DNA of 55,872 nt from Cyanophora paradoxa CCMP329 (taxonomy: Eukaryota > Plantae > Glaucophyta). Position numbers and translations under genes: made by a program. A model generated the notes under the pieces. The model was not told the DNA's origin. It worked only from the letters and a program-made list of their open reading frames with translations, and ran no database searches. Below, one piece after another: positions 38,301 through 52,962 of this stretch (position 1 is the first letter of the stretch; every line of letters starts with the position of its first letter). The DNA is taken from the NCBI GenBank assembly GCA_004431415.1, contig QPMI01000650.1:1-55872 (forward strand), written 5' to 3'.

Positions 38301-40713
38301 GAGGGTCCGTACCCCCGTGCCGCCCGAACCGCTCTCTTTGATTGTTGCATCGGCCGCGGCAGAGGAGCGGCGGCGGCGCGAAGAAGCGGCGTCTGCGCTC
38401 GAGGCGGCGCGCCGGGACCTGGAGAGGCGGTCCAAAGAACTGGAGGCGGCGCAGGAAGCGGCGTCGCGGGGTACTGAGGCCGAGAAGCGGGCCGCTGAGG
38501 AGGCTAGGCAGAAGCTGGAGGGTCTGTACCCGGGGCCGCCCAAACCACTCTATCTGATCTCTGCGTCCGCGGCAGAGGAGCGTCGGCGGCGCGAAGAAGC
38601 GGCGTCTGCGCTCGAGGCGGCGCGACGGGACCTGGAGCGACGGTCCAAAGAGTTAGAGGCTGCGCAGGAAGCGGCTTCGCGGGGTACTGAAGCCGAGAAG
38701 CGGGCCGCTGAGGAGGCGATGCAGAAGCTTGAGGGTGTGTACCCCCGGGCCGCCCGACCGCTCTTTCTAAGCGCTGCATCGGCCGCAGAGGAGCGACGAC
38801 GGCGCGAAGAAGCGGCGTCTGCGCTCGAGGCAGCGCGACGGGATCTGGAGAGGCGGTCCAAAGAGCTGGAGGCTGCGCAGGAAGCGGCGTCGCGGGGTAC
38901 TGAGGCCGAGAAGCGGGCCGCTGAGGAGGCGAGGCAGAAGCTTGAGGGTGTGTACCCCCGGGCCGCCCGATCCGCTCTTTCTAAGCGCTGCATCGGCCGC
39001 AGAGGAGCGACGACGGCGCGAAGAAGCGGCGTCTGCGCTCGAGGCGGCGCGACGGGATCTGGAGCGACGGTCCAAAGAGCTGGAGGCTGCGCAGGAAGCG
39101 GCGTCGCGGGGTACTGAGGCCGAGAAGCGGGCCGCGGAAGAGGCGAGGCAGAAGCTTGAGGGTGTGTACCCCGGGCCGAACCGCCCATGCCGGGCGCTGA
39201 ATCCGCGGCAGAGGAGAGAAGGCGGCGCGAGGAGGTGGCCGCCGCCGCCGCGCGGGAGATTGGGGTACACAGGGGCGAGGTCGGGTCCCTCCGGCGCGAG
39301 TGCGGCGTACCCCTCAAGACGTCCGCGCCCGTATCCTTCCCCTGATCGCCGTACCCCAGGCTGGAGGAGTACGGGCGGCTGGTGGACCGGGTACAGGCGC
39401 AGCGTGATGCCGCGCTCGCGGCGGCTGCGGCCGCCCGTGAAGAGTCCGTAGCTCTCCTAACCCGGTACCCATCTTTATTCCAGAATCACTGTGTACCCCC
39501 TCGGGTCGACCCGTACCCGGCAGAGTGGAGGCCCTCCAGTCGGACGTCTCGATGCTCCAGTCGCGGTACCCCCCACCCCCCGCTCTCCTCCACCCTGTAC
39601 CCCCGCCCCTGCCCCTGACGGCCGGCCCGGCATCAGCTCCCAGCGTCTGGAAGCGGAGGCGAAGGCGGCGGAGCGGGCGCGGGCCGCCGCCCAAGAGGCC
39701 CTCGCCACAGTGACCGCCCGGTGCGCAAACCGAAGCGAAGGAAAGTCTCGTCGGTACCCCACAAAAGTGCACTGAGCCTTGCGGGGGGTACAGGGCGGAG
39801 CGGGCGGAGGCGGCGGCGACGCAGCTCTCGCTGGACGCGGGGGAGGCGCAGGCAGAGCTCGCCGCCCAGCGCGAGGCCGCCGAGCAGCTCCGCTCCCAGG
39901 CGCGCCGGCCCCGATTCGCGTACCCCCCTCCTTCACCCGAACTCACGCGTACCCGGCAGCTGGCGGAGCACCGGAAGAACTTCGGGGAGCTGCACGCGCG
40001 GAGCCAGGTACCCCCCTTTCTCCCCTCTCTCTCTTTCGGTTTCTCCTGACGCGGTACCCCTCAGGCGATGCAGGAGCAGCACGCGCGGGAGAAGGCGGCA
40101 GCAATAGAGGAGCGCGAGCGTACCCTCGTCGCCCTGCGCCGTACCCCCCCTCCCCGAGCGGTTCTCCTACCGTTCGAGCTTTGAGCGGTTCCGGCAGAGG
40201 CGGAGGGGGCGGCAGCCGAGCTCAGGAGCGAGGTCCAGAGGGGTATACTCGCCGGCAAGCTCAAGGGTGAGCTCAAGACCGCCGTCGCGAAGGTGCGCGT
40301 ACCCCCGCGGCCGGGCTCCCCCCCCCCTCCCGTCCAAGTCGTACCCCCCAGGTCCTCTCGATCCACCAGAACCTGGAGGGGGACCTCACCTGCCGGGGGT
40401 GCATGGCGGTCCTCGAGAGGGCGCGTACCCCACCGTCTTCCCCCCCCCCCCGCTGAATCGGCGCAGCCGTCGGTGCTCGCGCCCTGCGGGCACGCTGCCT
40501 GCGCCAAGTGCGCCCCCGGCAAGGCCGGGGGCCCCTGCAAGGCTCGCGCACCCCGTACCCCCCACCCGCCCCGCTCACCCGCCCTTGTAGGAGTGCGGGG
40601 CGCGTGTGGAGCGGGCGCTGCCGGCGCCGACGCTCGAGGCGCTCTCGGGGCGCCTCATCGTCCACGAGAAGGCCGTCGGGGCCCTCCGGGAGATGGCCGC
40701 CGCCATCGGCTAG
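35328..40713 (+). CDS. Long coiled-coil protein with a C-terminal RING finger (putative E3 ligase)
   Basis: Many heptad-rich exons. C-terminal LTCRGCMAVLER|PSVLAPCGHAACAKC...PCK|ECG (C3HC4). Stop at 40711-40713. Confidence 0.82.
38146..39211 (+). repeat. Five tandem exon+intron units of about 213 bp (159-nt exon)
   Basis: Exons start at 38146, 38363, 38576, 38789 and 39003, each encoding ERRRREEAASALEAARRDLERRSKELEAAQEAASRGTEAEKRAAEEARQKLE. Confidence 0.92.
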
Positions 40714-41099
40714 CTTCGAATTGTGGTCACTTAAAGCTTGTTCTAGTCGCGGCCCATCACTGTTTAGTTTGGTGCTATTTATCTTGCTATTCCGATACAT
40801 GTGGAAGCGCGCGCGTGCATCCAGCGTGCAACGCTTGGCTCATCGGTGACCCTTCTGGACCGGAGCCGCGCACGCTGGGCGCGTAACTGCTAGTCGGATT
40901 GAACAGGCGGCACAGGGGAAGGGCAGAGCGGCCCGCCTGCAGCTGCAGAGAGGGTAGGAGGGTGCGGGGGGGCGGAGTAGCGGGGGAAGTCAACTGTGCA
41001 AGAGATTATGTGTGCGTGCCGCAGAAGCCGATCGGTGTCCGAACGGAGGAACGGGAAGCCTTCGCCTACGCTAAAGCTCAGACGAGCTTCAGGCTCGGC

Positions 41100-42398
41100 T
41101 CAGCTGAAGAGCGAGGTCTCCTTCTTGATGCTGGCGATGGCCTTGCCAGGGTTGAGGCCCTTGGGGCACGTCTTCGTGCAGTTCATGATCGTGTGGCAGC
41201 GGTAGAGCCGGAAGGGGTCCTCAAGGTAGGCGAGGCGGTCCTCAGTCGCCGTGTCGCGCGAGTCGGCGATCCAGCGGTAGGCCTGCGCAGGCGCACGCGC
41301 GCCCCACCCTCTCAGAAAAGGAAGGGAAAGGAAGGGGAAGAGGGGAGAGACGAGGGATGACCTGCATGAGGACGGCGGGGCCGAGGTACTTGTCGCCGTT
41401 CCACCAGTACGAGGGGCACGAGGTGGAGCAGCAGGCGCAGAGGATGCACTCGTACATGCCGTCCAGCTTCTCGCGGTCCTCCTTGGACTGCAGGTGCTCG
41501 CGCTCCGGCTTCTGGTCGGACTGGAGCCAGGGCTTTATGCTCTTGTACTGGGCCCAGAAGTTCGAGAGGTCCGGAACCAGGTCCTTGATGACGTACATGT
41601 GCGGGAGTGGGTAGACGCGCGAGGACTGCGCCTCCGGATCAATTCGCGCCAGGCACGCGAGCGTGTTCGTCCCGTTGATGTTCATCGCGCAGGAGCCGCA
41701 GATGCCCTCGCGGCACGACCGCCGGAACGTGAGCGTCGGGTCGAGCTCGTTCTTGATCTTCAGGAGCGCGTCCAGGACCATGGGGCCGCACTCATTCACT
41801 GCCGCAGGACGTCACGTTGAGTGCGCAGTGGAGGCGGCGCGGCGGGGGCGGCGGGGGCGGTCGGGTCGCGCACAGTCGATGGCGTACGTGTTGAGGTACG
41901 GCTTCTCGTCCTTCTCCGGATCCCATCGGTAGATCTGGGCGGAAAACAAGGGAGGAGCGGCGTGAGGGGACGGCCGCGGCGGAGACTTAGCGCCCCATAT
42001 GCAGGGGCCCGCGAGGGGCGAAGGGCCGCATGCCCGGCGGCAGGCCGATTCGGACGCGGCGAGCGAGCCTTACCTCGAAGAACTGGATGCGAGGCTTCTT
42101 GCTCGTAGACGCGCCGGCCTCGCCCTTGAGCTGCACGCGTGCGTCATGCGATGGTGCGATAAGAGCCCGCAGGGACGGCAGGCGGCGAACGACACATCCA
42201 GTGCGCCACTGGTGACTTGACGGACAGAGGGAGAATGGGCGCGGGGCGAACCTTGAGGTCGGGCTCGGCCGCCTTCGTCGACAGGAGCCGCACGGGGCCG
42301 GACGCCGCTGTGCCCGCTATGACGCGGCCTGCGGACGCCGCCGCGGACGCTCGCAGGGCGCCGGGAGCCCGGGCGAGGATGCCCGTAGCACGCAGCAT
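41100..42398 (-). CDS. SDHB: Succinate dehydrogenase iron-sulfur subunit, mitochondrial precursor
   Basis: Arg/Ala-rich presequence, [65 protein letters not shown]. Confidence 0.98.
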
Positions 42399-42491
42399 CG
42401 CGACTGTACCCCGACAGGCAAACTTCAGACTCGGGAAATCGAGTCAGCGAGCCTTCCGGCAGCTCAGCACGCTCTTCATTACCGAGCTAAG

Positions 42492-44202
<1,711 letters not shown>

Positions 44203-44389
44203 CCGCAGGGGCCTGTTCTCCTCCAATCACGCACCAGCTCGTGGCCTGAGCGTATGCATGCACAGTGTGGTGCTAAGCTTGAGGTACCCGTACTGGGCCG
44301 TACACCGTATAGTACCGGCTGCGGTGGGCATGACATTCCGGCTGCGGTGGGCATGACATATGAGCCGCGGCCCGGGCCCGTGATAAACT

Positions 44390-46870
44390 TGAAACCCCTG
44401 ATCATGAGGAATTGGCCATGGCTACAACGTTTACTTAAAAGCTTGCAATTGGATCGATTCAATGATTGGAATTCAAATATCAAATATGCAATACGTGGCT
44501 GCAGCTGCAGTACTAGTGTTCAAACATGATGCCTATCGAGTCTGTCTAATCTGCACTGCCGCGCGGCATGTTTAATCTGTCTAATATCGTAGCCTGATAG
44601 CTACTGTACATTGCGTATATCGATATCGATATCGATATCGTACAGCCCGACTCGGCGATATCGATATCATTAAGCGTATTATGGTAGCTCGCACGTGCAC
44701 AGCTGCAGCTGGCGCTTTGCTACAAACACAATAGATGTAAATGTTACGATAATATATATCATGGAATTATGACAGGAGGCCCCCGGCTGCGGGGCCGCAC
44801 GGGCGGGAGCCCCTACTTCAGCCTCAAGGGTCCGGGCCCGGCCGGCGCGCTCAGAAGTCGAGGAGCGTGACGGCGCCGGCCTGGAGGCGGCCGCGGAGGC
44901 GGTTGGCGAGGGCGTGGCGGCGGAGGTGCGTGCGGTCCCAGAGGCGCCGCTGCCCCTCCTCGACCTTCATGTCCGGGCGCTCGAGGCTGCTGAGGATCGC
45001 CCGCGCCGCCGCCTCGCTCCACGAGAGCTCGAGCTCGCTGGCGGACGAGGAGGAGGAGGCGGAGGAGGAGGCGGAGGAGGAGTCGGAGGCCTCGCCGTCG
45101 GAGCCGTCCGAGGCGGCGGCGGCGGCGCGCATGCGCCTGCGGAGGCGGAGGGCGGCCCGCACGCAGCAGCCGACGGGGACCTCCTGGTAGGGCGCGACGG
45201 CGAGGCCGCCGGAGGCCGCGTCCCGGCGCCCGATGCACGCGAGGAGCGCGGCGAGGAAGTCGCGGCACCACGCGCCCCGCGCCGCCGGCTCCAGCGCGTC
45301 GCCGTCCTCCGGGCAGGCCCACCACAGGGCCAGGTTCACGAGGCTCGTCTGCACGTGCCGCCGCGTCACCACCGACTGCCCGCTCGCCTCCCGCACCGAG
45401 TCGCTCAGCCAGTCCGCCTGCGCCAGGGACACCGCCTCGTCCCGCGTCCACTTCGTCCGCAGCGCGCGGAAGAGGGCCTGCGCGGGGCGGGGCGCGGGGT
45501 GAGAACAGGGAACGAGCCAGGCCAAGTCAGGCCGGGCCGGGCCGGGGCCGGGGCGCACCAGGTGGAATGCGGAGTAGTGCTCGAAATCGACGGCGGAGAC
45601 GAAGGAGGCGGACTTGGCGGTGCCGTTCACGATCGCGGCCCAAAGCTGCGTGAAGGAGGCAACCGCGATCAGGGCGAGCTCGAGGGGCTCGATATCGGGG
45701 CCGGGCCGGCGCCGGCGGACCTCGCTCAGAAGGGCCTCGAGCTCCTGCGACTGCGCCTCCTCGCTCGAAATCGAAGGGCAAGAAGGAGACTGCGCCTGCC
45801 GGGAGCGAGAGCGTGAGGCGAGCGCTAGCGCCGCGGGCAGCCGGGTGCACGTGCTAGCGCTAGAGGCCAGGGCCGGCGGTCCGGACCTTGCACGTGGGTT
45901 CGGGGGCGTCGGCCGGGGCCGGCTTCGCCTTCGAATCCGTCTCGTCGTCGTCCACAGCGAATTCGAAATGGCCATGGACGCGTACGGCACGCTCCCGGGG
46001 CCGCGGAGGCGAGCACGGCTGCGGCTGCTGCTTCACGGGGCTGGAGTCGGAGGTCGCCACTTCGATCAGCTTGCACTCAGCTGCGGCAGCGGACGAAGGG
46101 AGCTCCGGCGAGGAAGGGAAAACCCTCGAGCTCATGCGCGTTTGCTGTGAAGAAGACATCGTAGCGCCCATCGGACTCCGGGAATTCGAAAGAAGATAGA
46201 TAGGGCGTTGCAGCTGCTGCTTGGGCTCTGAGAAAGCTGACTGTGCTTCGGCGTTCGATGCGATGCGCGCTTCTAGATCTGCCCTGCTGGACGAACTTTC
46301 GAAGTTGCGTATACGCAAGTTGGAAAGTGATCTGATGAGAGAAAGCGCAAGCTGGTCTGGTCGACGCGCGGCGCGCGTGCCGCCGGCCAGCGCGCCAGCG
46401 CCGGCGCCGTCTAGCGGATCATGAAGGCAGTATACCCGGCCATTCCGTACCACAGTACTAGGAGCCTGGGAGCTCCCAACACGTACCTTGAAGCTTAAGT
46501 TTTCTAATTGATGATATTGCAAATGATACACAAGGAATAGGTACCGGCGTCACCGTACCGCCACCGTACCGCCGCGGTTCCGGCGTACCGCTGCAGTCAC
46601 GTGCACATGTACAGTGCAGTGATGGCAATTAAATTTCTTTTTTCAAGTTTCAAGTACTAGTACTTCTGAAAAGTACCCCACGTGTATACCTTGGAGGCTC
46701 GTAGCTGTACACGGTGCTAGTACTCCACGTACCTCGGTATATATGTGCAAAAATATTCGTATATACGCATTTAATTTATCCCACGCGGCCGGCGGCGCCG
46801 GCGCCGGCGCGCAGCGGCTGGCGGCGAGCCGGCGCGGCGGCGCCTGCAGCTGGCGCGCGCGGAGCGCCCG
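44390..46870. repeat. Segmental duplication, first copy (second copy about 53400..55872, offset about 9.0 kb)
   Basis: For example, the 60-bp lines starting at 46021 and 55021 are near-identical. The downstream flanks are homologous but more diverged. Confidence 0.95.
44851..46159 (-). CDS. Hypothetical protein, copy 1 (three exons)
   Basis: Exons MSSSQQTR...EPTCK, ...IEPLELALIAVASFTQLWAAIVNG...HL, ALFRALRTKW...LLDF*. Differences from copy 2 in the last exon are mostly synonymous, which supports coding function. Confidence 0.7.
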
Positions 46871-48779
46871 CCGCCGGCGCCCGCCGCCGGCGGCGGGCCG
46901 CCGGCCGGCCCGGCCGCGGCCGGCGCCGCGCGCGCGGCGCGGGGCATGAATGGTGATATCTACATGTACATCATGGCATGCACCGCGCGCGCGGATCCCG
47001 GAAGTGAATTCGAACGCGGGAGGCGCTGCTCATGATCATGATCATGATCAGGCGCAGGGGACGTCGACGCTAAGCTCTTACGGCGGAACCGGCGAGAATC
47101 GGAGGGCCGGCCGCGGCCGGCCCGGCGGCCGCGGGGGCGGCGGCCCGGCGGCCGAGGGAAGACGCGAGCCTGCGAGGGGCAGTATACGTACTAGTGGGTG
47201 CCAGTATCATGACAGGCGGAAGACGCGGAATACTATAGCTAGCGCTATATGATATATAAATAAAGCCCCTCGACCTCCCCATGGCCACGGAATAAAAATT
47301 TGAGAACGACAAATCGGCGGCCCCCCGGCCCTCCCCCCTCCACCCCCCCCGCCCCACCGGTACGTATACCGGTCCGGTACCCTCCCCTCCTCGAGCTCCC
47401 CTCCTCCCCTTTCCCCCCCTTCCCCCCCCCCCCACCCACCCCCCCCCCCCCATGCACCCCCCGGCGGCGCCGGCCCCCCCCCCCCCCCGCCACCCCCCCC
47501 GCCCCCCCCGGCCCGCGGCCCCCTCCCCGACCCCCTCCCCGCGGCCGCGCGCGGCCCCCCTGCCGGCCCGGGCCAGCGCCCCCCGGGGCCCATCCCGCCC
47601 CGGCCGGCCCGTTAACGTCGCAGCGGCTGTGCACGCCCACCGCGCGCCGTTAAAACGTTCGCTGGCACGGCCCCGGCCGGCCCCCGGCCGCACATCAATC
47701 CCGCGCCGGGGACCCGCGGCCGCCTCCCCCTCCGGATCCCCCCCCCCCCCCCCCGGACCCGGGCCCCCGGGCCCCCCCGCCCCGCCCCGGCCCGTCAATT
47801 GCAACATCGACATCGCAGCGGCTGTCACAGTGTGCACTGCGCGCGCGCGCCACTAGGGGGCCCCCCCCCAGTTCCAATAGCTCGGAATCATGAAGTTTGC
47901 TGGCAAAACTGTGACTATTGTAAATCGGAACAACGAAGTTCCCAACTTCGTTCGCACTATGCACAGCTCTCGTACGATCATGTAGTACCGACAGCGTCAG
48001 TTGTAACGAGAGTAATCCAGAGCTGTCCACAGAGAACACGGCGCGGCCGGCGCGCGGCACAGGGCGCCCGGGGAGCACTATCAGTGCGCTAGGGCAGCTA
48101 ATTAGGGGTCATAGCTACGACTGGCAGCGCAGGTGCGGCTCCGGAGCTCGGTTGCAGTCGCCGAGTCGACCAGCGCCGGCGGCCTCCTGAGCGCTTTCGA
48201 ACGCTAGCTATGGCTGTGCGTTCGTGTTTGGTGCGTGTGCGGCCCGCGCCGGGCTTCTCGATAGAGGTGCCGACCGCGCGCCTTGCAATTGTAGGAAGCG
48301 CGCACGCGGGCCGCGTCAGTGCCAACGCTTTGTTAGGAAGGCCTATGTGCTATAAAGACCGCGTTTGCACAGCTAGAGCCCGCGCGCGGTTCCGGGTGTG
48401 CCGTGGCTCGTTGGGGTACGTATACTGCGTGCTGTTAAGTGGTGCTAGTACCCCCAAGCGCGAAGCGCTGACAAGCGGAGCCGGCTGAAGAAAGTGCGCT
48501 GAATCGGGCCTTACTGGTCAGATTGGCTCACAATGCGCCCGGATGCGCAGGCTAGCTAGCTCCGATCTTCTTCAAGAGCTTCCGGGCGAGCTACCAAAGG
48601 CGCTCCTGGTCAAGCTTTCGTTTGTAGAGCGCGTCCGGCTCGAGCGCGTGTCGAGGCTGTCCTAGACTTTCGTGAGACTAGCCTCGCCATCGACCACAGA
48701 GCTCACAGGCTGCCAGACGAGGTGGGGGCGGAGGTGTTCGCGACGCGACCTCGTACCTCGAACTTGTCAGACAGCGGCG

Positions 48780-49890
48780 CGGCTCACGGGACGGAGCGGA
48801 GGTGCGGCGGGCGGCGGCGCAGCTCGCCGGGCGAGACGGAGGCGTGGCGGACGGCGGCGCGGCTTGCCGTACGGGGCGGGGGCTCGGGGGGCGGCGGCGC
48901 GGCTCACCGCACGGCGCCGGGGCTCGGGGGGCGGCGGCGCGGCTCACCGCACGGCGCCGGGGCTCGGCGGGCGGCGGCGCGGCTCACCGCACGGCGCGGA
49001 AGCTCGATGGGCGGCGGCGCAGCTCGACGGGCGGGGCGGGGGCTCGGCGGGCGGCGGCGCAGCTCACCGCACGGGGCGGGGCGTGGCGGGCGGCGGCGCG
49101 GCTCGCTGGGCGGGGCGGAGGCGCGGCGGGCGACGGCGCGGCTCGCCGGGCGGGCGGAGACTCGTCGGGCGGCGGCGCAGCTCGACGGGCGGGCGGGGAC
49201 GCGGCGGACGGCGGCGCGCTCTCCGGCGGGGCGGGGGCGCGGCGGGCGGCGGCGCGGCTCGCCGGGCGGGGCGGAGACTCGTCGGGCGGCGGCGCAGCTC
49301 GATGGCGAGTCGGAGACTCGTCGGGCGGCGGCGCAGCTCGCCGGGCGGGCGGGGGCGCGGCGGACGGCGGCGCGGCTCTCCGGGCGGGGCTGCGGCGCGG
49401 CGGGCGACGGCGCGGCTCGCCGGCGGGGCGGGGGCGCGGCGGACGGCGGCGCAGCTCGACAGGCGGGGCGGGAGCGCGGCGTACGGCAGCGCGGCACACC
49501 GGGCGGGCGGGGCGCGGCGGACGGCGGCGCGGCTCGCCGGGCGGGGCGGAGCGCGGCGGGCGACGGCGCGGCTCGCCGGGCGGGGCGGAGACTCGTCGGG
49601 CGGCGGCGCAGCTCGACGGGCGGGGCGGCGGCGCGGCGGGCGACGGCGCGGCTCGCCGGGCGGAGCGGAGGCGCGGCGGGCGGCGGCGCGGCTCGCCGGG
49701 CGGCGCAGCGGGCGGCGGCGCGGCTCGCCGGGCGGGCGGCGGCGTGGCTCGCCGGGCGGGGCGGCGGCGCGGCTCGCCGGGCGGGGCGGCGGCGCGGGGG
49801 CGGCTTTGCGGACGGCGGCGCGGGTCGCAGGGCGGGGCGGCGGCGCGGCGGGCAACAGCTCCGCGGCGGGGCTCGCCGCACGGGGCGGGG
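48780..49890. repeat. Degenerate, extremely GC-rich minisatellite inside CACTA element 2
   Basis: The core GGCGGCGCGGCTCGCCGGGCGGGGCGG recurs many times with variants. Confidence 0.9.
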
Positions 49891-51485
49891 GCTCTGCGGC
49901 TTCAAGGCTAGTTATCACGTCAAAATATGTTGCTTTGACGTACTGCTTCATGGCCTGGCTGCGCGAGAGTGCGCAATGTGACGCTGCAGATCTAGAACAG
50001 AATCAGATGCACCCCGTCCCCCTTCGTGTCCGGATCCTAGAGCCTCGGAGCAAGCTACCGAAGGAGATTCAAGCTTAAATAACTAAGTTTATTGAAAGGG
50101 GGATATATAATTATATGAGATGTGCTGGGTGACATAGTGCCGCACTATCACTTTTGAGTTGACAAGCCGAAAGTACGACTCTAACTTCTCAACATAACAC
50201 TGACACTGACTCATGATCAGTGATCATGATCGATATTGAACGTGCCGCATGATCGTGCAAGATGAAAATCGGACAGCATAATGAACATCCATTATACTTT
50301 CATTTAACTCAGTGAGTCCAGCGAGAATGCGGTCAGGCGGCTTGCTCTAACATCAAGCCCTTCGAGAGCCCGTGCTGTGGCGTGTGCGCAGGGCCTGGGC
50401 TCGATCCTAGACAGCGAAACAATCAATTTTCAAACGTTATACAAGATCCTGTCACTAGGCAGAGCGGCGCGCGCCCTGCACTGTCCACTAGCATGAGATT
50501 CTCCAGTGGGGTCCGTGACAGACTCGGATCAAATCGAGCGCCCGAAGGCCACGACGAGGCAGGCGTATATCTATGCACCGTATTAGCACTTCTATGAAGA
50601 AGAGAGCAGAATGCTGCGATATGGGCGCAAGCGCACTGGCACGCACGGCAGCGCGTCGTGGAATCGATATCTGTGTGCACGTGGTGGGGTCAGTTCAAAG
50701 GCGCGTGGCCGAGCGAGCGACGCGCGACAGTAGCGCAAACTCCTGCAGTGCGTGCAATCTGCGTATGTGGTCAGTGCAGTCTCGCACGCCCGCCCCGGCG
50801 GACGCGGCAGGTGTCCGATTGACGTCCGGCGGCGGGCTGCTGTCTGGAAGCACGCCCAGCTGCTACAGTCGGCCGTCGGCTAGCTGTAGGCCAGGCTAAC
50901 GGCAGGCTGAGCTCGGCTTGCTGCTGGGCCAGTGCTGGCCCAGGGTAGATCCGGCTGGTCCGGGGTATACGTAGATCCTCGCTAACGGCCAGCAGCTTCA
51001 AACAGCGGCCCAACCTGCACCTAACTCGCGCTCGACCAGCGTCTAGGGACCTCTAGCGAGCTGCTGTGCCTTGCTCTCGCGCAGGGAAGCCGCGGCAGTC
51101 GGCTGCAGCCGGGTTTTGAACAGGCCAGGTCCGACGGCCCGTCCCCGGCGGGCTGCCGAGCGCTCATGTGCTCGTTGCTTCCCAGAGCGCTCCTAGAAGC
51201 GGGCGGCTTCCTCGCCGAGCGCCGAGCGGCATTTTCCGCGGTCTCGCAAGGTTCGACCGGCAACCGTCGCGTAAATCTTGCCTCGGGAGGCGCCGCGGTC
51301 GTTTTGTGTGCTCTTTGTGCTGAACATGTTGCGCAGGAGCGGTCGGTGGACGTGCGCTCGTCTGTTCCCCCCGTTGAGTCCATCCGGCCGCTCGCTTGAG
51401 TGAGCGCTCCAGCCCTGCGGTCTCCGCTCGCTTGAGTGAGCGTCGTGGTCTCCGCGCTCGAAGAGTGATCTTCGTTGCGCAGGAT

Positions 51486-52962
51486 ATGGGCGACAAGCGC
51501 GAGGCGGCGGCCGCGGTTCCGGTGGCGACAGCCGCGCCGGTGTTCAAGGAGCTCGAGGTACTGCCCCCGCCTATTTCTCAACGAGTCTGACGTGCAGTTT
51601 TAGCCCGCGCGGAAGCGCCGCAGGAGGAGGAGGCCCGCAGGCTGCGGTCCGACGGTCCAGACTTTGACCCTTGCTGCACCCGACTTCCTCTGTTGCGAAA
51701 CGGTGCGGTCCTCACCTTAACGCTTCCCCCTCAATCTGAATCTGACTTCCGTACAGGAACCTGTGGGCTACTTGAAAGTCGCTCACATCTTGCCCTTCCT
51801 CAAGGACGGGCTCAAGGTGCGGCTCTTCGTCGCCAAGATCGACGTCTACGTCGTCGACGAGGGGTTCTTCTTCGTCGGCATCGGCATTCTAGTGCCCAAG
51901 GTACGGGCCAAGATGAACCGCTCCCCCTCCCCCTCCCCCTCCCCTCCCCCCCCCCTCGCCCCACGTCGCCCCCGCAGTACACCCTCCAAGCTATATCTAG
52001 ATGCCCTACCCCGCCCCGCCTCCGCTCCGCCCCCTCCGGGCCCCCGGTGGGGGTACGCCTTCGCCGGCGTCTTCGGACAAGGTACCCCCCGGTAGCTGGG
52101 GTCCCTTGGTCCGACGGCGCTGGTGAGTGCGTACCCCCCTCGCGGGCCCCGATCGGGCACTAGCTCTAGATGCCCTTACTCGCCCGCTCCCTCCGGGCCC
52201 CCGATGGGGGTACGCCTTCGCCGGCGTCTTCGGACAAGGTACCCCCCGGTAGCTGGGGTCCCTTGGTCCGACGGCGCTGGTGAGGGCGTACCCCCCTCGC
52301 GGGCCCCGATCGGGCACTAGCTCTAGATGCCCTTACTCGTCCGCCCCCTCCGGGCCCCCGATGGGGGTACGCCTTCGCCGGCGTCTTCGGACAAGGTACC
52401 CCCCGGTAGCTGGGGTCCCTTGGTCCGACGGCGCTGGTGAGGGCGTACCCCCCTCGCGGGCCCCCATCGGGCACTAGCTCTAGATGCCCCTACTCGCCCG
52501 CCCCCTCCGGGCCCCCGATGGGGGTACGCCTTCGCCGGCGTCTTCGGACAAGGTACCCCCCGGTAGCTGGGGTCCCTTGGTCCGAAGGCGCTGGTGAGGG
52601 CGTACCCCCCTCGCGCGGGCCACGTCGGGGCGCTAGCTTCATAGCTAAACGCCGTACCCCTCTTCAGTTGGGCCACATACTGACTCCATTTCAGTTGGGC
52701 GAAGCTGAGGAGCCCTCGGACGTCGTCAAGTTGGTTGTGCTGGCCGAAGGCAAAGCTGACGAGGACGTGCTGGGCAGAAAGGTAGCTCTGTCACTCCCCT
52801 TGAGGTTTATTCAGTTCATTCACGTCTAGAGTGCAGATCCCCGAGGATATCACGGAGTTTCCTGGCAACGAAGAGCTCACTACGTTCAGTGGGCTGGAAG
52901 GCCGAGTGGTCTTCTGGCCCAAGGCCCTCCTTTCCCTCCTCCGCAGTGCTAGCGCTAGATAG
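51486..52962 (+). CDS. Spliced ORF in CACTA element 2, possibly a TnpA-like (ORF2) C-terminal domain
   Basis: Exons MGDKRE...KELE, NLWATxK/VGYLKVAHILPFLKDGLKVRLFVAKIDV, DVVKLVVLAEG, and ELTTFSGLEGRVVFWPKALL. The ending G..V.WP..L resembles the C-termini of CACTA ORF2 proteins (recalled similarity, not searched). Confidence 0.5.
51996..52620. repeat. 157-bp tandem repeat, about 4 copies, within an intron of the element-borne ORF
   Basis: TCTAGATGCCC recurs at 51996, 52165, 52322 and 52479. Confidence 0.93.

Noticed and set aside
48672-50078. Long ORFs in several frames inside CACTA element 2
   Set aside because: GC-rich satellite translations with no transposase motifs.
51996-52620. Regular repeats as a possible CRISPR array
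   Set aside because: Whole units repeat with no unique spacers, there are no cas genes, and the context is a eukaryotic intron.
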